DNA of 64,000 nt. Source: Bugula neritina (taxonomy: Eukaryota; Animalia; Bryozoa). Positions 61,422 to 64,000 of this stretch are shown in pieces. The notes under the pieces are model-generated. The model had not been told where the DNA came from. It saw nothing but the letters and a program-made list of their open reading frames with translations, and searched no databases. Location of the stretch: positions 434,001 through 498,000 of the forward strand of contig CAXIUT010000183.1 in assembly GCA_964035545.1 (NCBI GenBank), given 5' to 3'. The position numbers and the translations under genes were made by a program. Position 1 is the stretch's first letter. Every line of letters starts with the position of its first letter.

Positions 61422-64000
61422 GAAACATACTGCGACACTTTGCAATGTACTGTATCATACTGAAATATGCTGTAGCACACTGAAATACACTGCAACTCAC
61501 TGAAATATACTGCAACATATTGAAATACACTGCAACATCCTACAACATGCTAAAATACACGGTAACATATTGAAATACAGTACAACACGTTGAAATATAC
61601 TGCAACATACCGGAATATATGGTAAAGTACTGAAATATACTGTAACACACTGAAAAATACTGCAACATACTGAAATATACTGCGACACATTGCAATATAC
61701 TGCAACATACCAAAATATATGGTAAACTACTGAAATATACTTTAACACATTGAAAAATACTGCAACATAATGAAATATACTGTAACACACTGAAATATAC
61801 TGCAACATACTGAAATACACTGTAACATACTGAAATAAACTGCAACATACCAAAATATATGGTAAACTACTGAAATATACTTTAACACATTGAAAAATCC
61901 TGCAACATACTAAAATATACTGTAACACACTGCAAGATACTGCAACATACTGAAATACACTGAAACATACTGAAATAAACTGCAAGATACCAAAATACAT
62001 GGTAAACTACTGAAATATACTGTAACACACTGAAAAATACTGCAACATACTGAAATATACTGCGACACATTGCAATATACTGCAACATACCAAAATATAT
62101 GGTAAACTACTGAAATATACTTTAACACATTGAAAATTACTGCAACATACTGAAATATACTGTAACACACTGAAATATACTGCAACAAACTGAAATACAC
62201 TGTAACATATTGAAATAAACTGCAACATACCAAAATATATGGTAAACTACTGAAATATACTTTAACACATTGAAAAATACTGCAACATACTAAAATATAC
62301 CGTAACACACTGCAAGATACTGCAACATACCGAAATACACTGTAACATACTGAAACACACTGCAACATACTGCATTATACTGACATACACTGGAACATAT
62401 TGAAATACACTGCAACACAATGAAATATACTGCAACATACCAAAATATATGGTAAACTACTGAAATATACTTTAACACATTGAAAAATACTGCAACATAC
62501 TAAAATATACCGTAACACACTGCAAGATACTGCAACATACCGAAATACACTGTAACATACTGAAACACACTGCAACATACTGCATTATACTGACATACAC
62601 TGGAACATATTGAAATACACTGCAACACAATGAAATATACTGCAACATACCGAAATACACTGTAACATACTGAAACACACTGCAACATACTGCATTATAC
62701 TGACATACACTGGAACATATTGAAATACACTGCAACACAATGAAATATACTGCAACATACCAAAATATATGGTAAACTACTGAAATATACTTTAACACAT
62801 TGAAAAATACTGCAACATACTGAAATATACTGTAACACACTGAAATATACTGCAACATACTGAAATACACTGTAACATACTGAAATAAACAGTAACATAC
62901 TGAAATACACTGCAACATCCTACAACATACTGAAAAACACTGTAACATTGTGAAATACACTGCAACACATTGAAAAATACTGCAACATACCGAAATATAC
63001 GGTAAACTATTGAATTATACTGTAACACATTGAAAAATACTGAAACACACTGAAATATACTCTGACACAATGCAATATACTGTAACATACTGAAATATGC
63101 TGTAGCACACTGAAATACACTGCAACTCACTGAAATATACTACAACATACTGAAAAACACTGTAACATATTGAAACATACTGCAACATACTACAACATAT
63201 TGAAAGACACTGCAACACATTGAAATATACTGCAACATACCTAAATATCCGGTAATATACTGAAATATACTGTAACACATTGAAAAATACTACAACATAC
63301 TGAAATACACTGTAACATGTTGAAATACACTGCAACACATTGAAATATACTGCAACCTATAGAAATATATGGTAAACTACTGAAATATACTGTAACACAT
63401 TGAAAAATACTGCAACATACTGAAACATACTGCGACACATTGCAATATACAGTAACATACTGAAACATGCTGTAGCACACTGAAATAGACTGCAGATCAC
63501 TGAAATATACTGCAACATACTGAAATACACTGCTACATACTGAAATATACTGCAACATACTGCAACATACTGAAATACACTGTAACATACTGAAATACAC
63601 TGCAACAAACTACAACATATTGAAATACACTTCAACACATTGAAATATACTGCAACATACCTAAATATACGGTAATATACCGAAAAAAAAACTGTAACAG
63701 ATTGAAAAAATCTGCAACATACTGAAATATACTGTAACACACTGAAATATACTGCAACATACTGAAATACACTGTAACATATTGAAACACACTGCAACAA
63801 ACTACAACATATTGAAATACACTGCAACGCATTGAAAGACACTGCAACACATTGAAATATACTGCAATATACCAATATATATGGTAAACTGCTGAAATAT
63901 ACTTTAACACATTGAAAAATACTGCAACATACTGAAATATACTGTAACACACTGAAATATACTGCAACATACTGCAACAATCTGAAATACACTGTAACAT
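57155..64000 (+). repeat. Tandem duplication, 4272-bp offset, second copy truncated by the window end
   Basis: ORF pairs 57225/61497, 58018/62290 and 59085/63357 have offset 4272; shared private variant CAACATAATG (A at 57498/61770). Confidence 0.9.

Larger units (their letters stand above)
1..64000 (+). repeat. Tandem satellite DNA array, 10-bp monomer / 20-bp dimer (consensus ACTGAAATATACTGCAACAT), about 6,400 monomers, open at both window edges
   Basis: Every line reads as ACTGAAATAY / ACTGYAACAY variants in one orientation. The 10-nt columns of the listing stay aligned for kilobases. No non-repeat interval was seen. Confidence 0.99.

Noticed and set aside
3492-63691. A7-A9 tracts as retroposon poly(A) tails, or as Pol III/intrinsic terminators on the minus strand
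   Set aside because: They replace the AAATATA part of an ordinary monomer. There is no target-site duplication, element body, A/B-box gene or GC-rich hairpin nearby.
185-64000. Hundreds of minus-strand ORFs (60-447 aa) as protein-coding genes
   Set aside because: They overlap in all three frames with the same low-complexity peptide, follow directly from a stop-free 20-bp repeat, show no recognisable domain, and end wherever a point variant creates a stop.
1-64000. CRISPR array or repeat-spacer system, with the GGTAAACTACTG module as the repeat
   Set aside because: The intervening sequences are the same satellite monomers, recur many times and vary widely in length. There are no unique spacers, leader or cas genes.
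1-64000. Homology to Drosophila Prodsat (AATAACATAG)
   Set aside because: It shares only the 10-bp period and TAACATA in one monomer variant. The ACTG core and A/B dimer structure differ, so chance similarity is likely.
1-64000. Telomeric repeat array
   Set aside because: There is no G-rich telomere-like unit. The degenerate monomers with multi-level higher-order structure indicate recombination-driven satellite, not telomerase product.
1-64000. TATA-like or promoter motifs (AAATATA, TATATAT)
   Set aside because: They are intrinsic to the monomer, present thousands of times, and have no downstream gene.

Overview
The whole 64 kb window is one uninterrupted, single-orientation tandem satellite array, almost certainly eukaryotic heterochromatin. 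The organism and any centromeric role cannot be determined from sequence alone. The basic unit is a 10-bp monomer, ACTG(A/C/T)AA(T/C)A(T/C), usually alternating as an A-type (ACTGAAATAY) and a B-type (ACTGYAACAY). This gives a 20-bp consensus, ACTGAAATATACTGCAACAT (9A/4C/5T/2G). I found no gene, RNA gene, transposon, CRISPR array or unique sequence. Every ORF in the track is on the minus strand and arises because the reverse consensus lacks stop codons. The interest lies in the architecture. (1) The 10-bp register is broken only at 41 copies of one A-tract variant monomer; their summed shifts (+64) match the start-to-end phase change of 4 mod 10. (2) A recurrent 17-bp dyad, TACC-N9-GGTA, punctuates the array, often at 140-bp spacing. 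(3) There is a hierarchy of 110/140/210/300/~610/800-bp sub-repeats and overlapping kb-scale tandem duplications (offsets 2450, 2645, 4202/4792, 4272, 4314, 4426, 6407/6787 bp). (4) Variant sets turn over across a diverged mosaic zone at about 14.6-17 kb. I see no evidence for a new protein-coding system. Coordinates and counts were made by eye and should be confirmed computationally.
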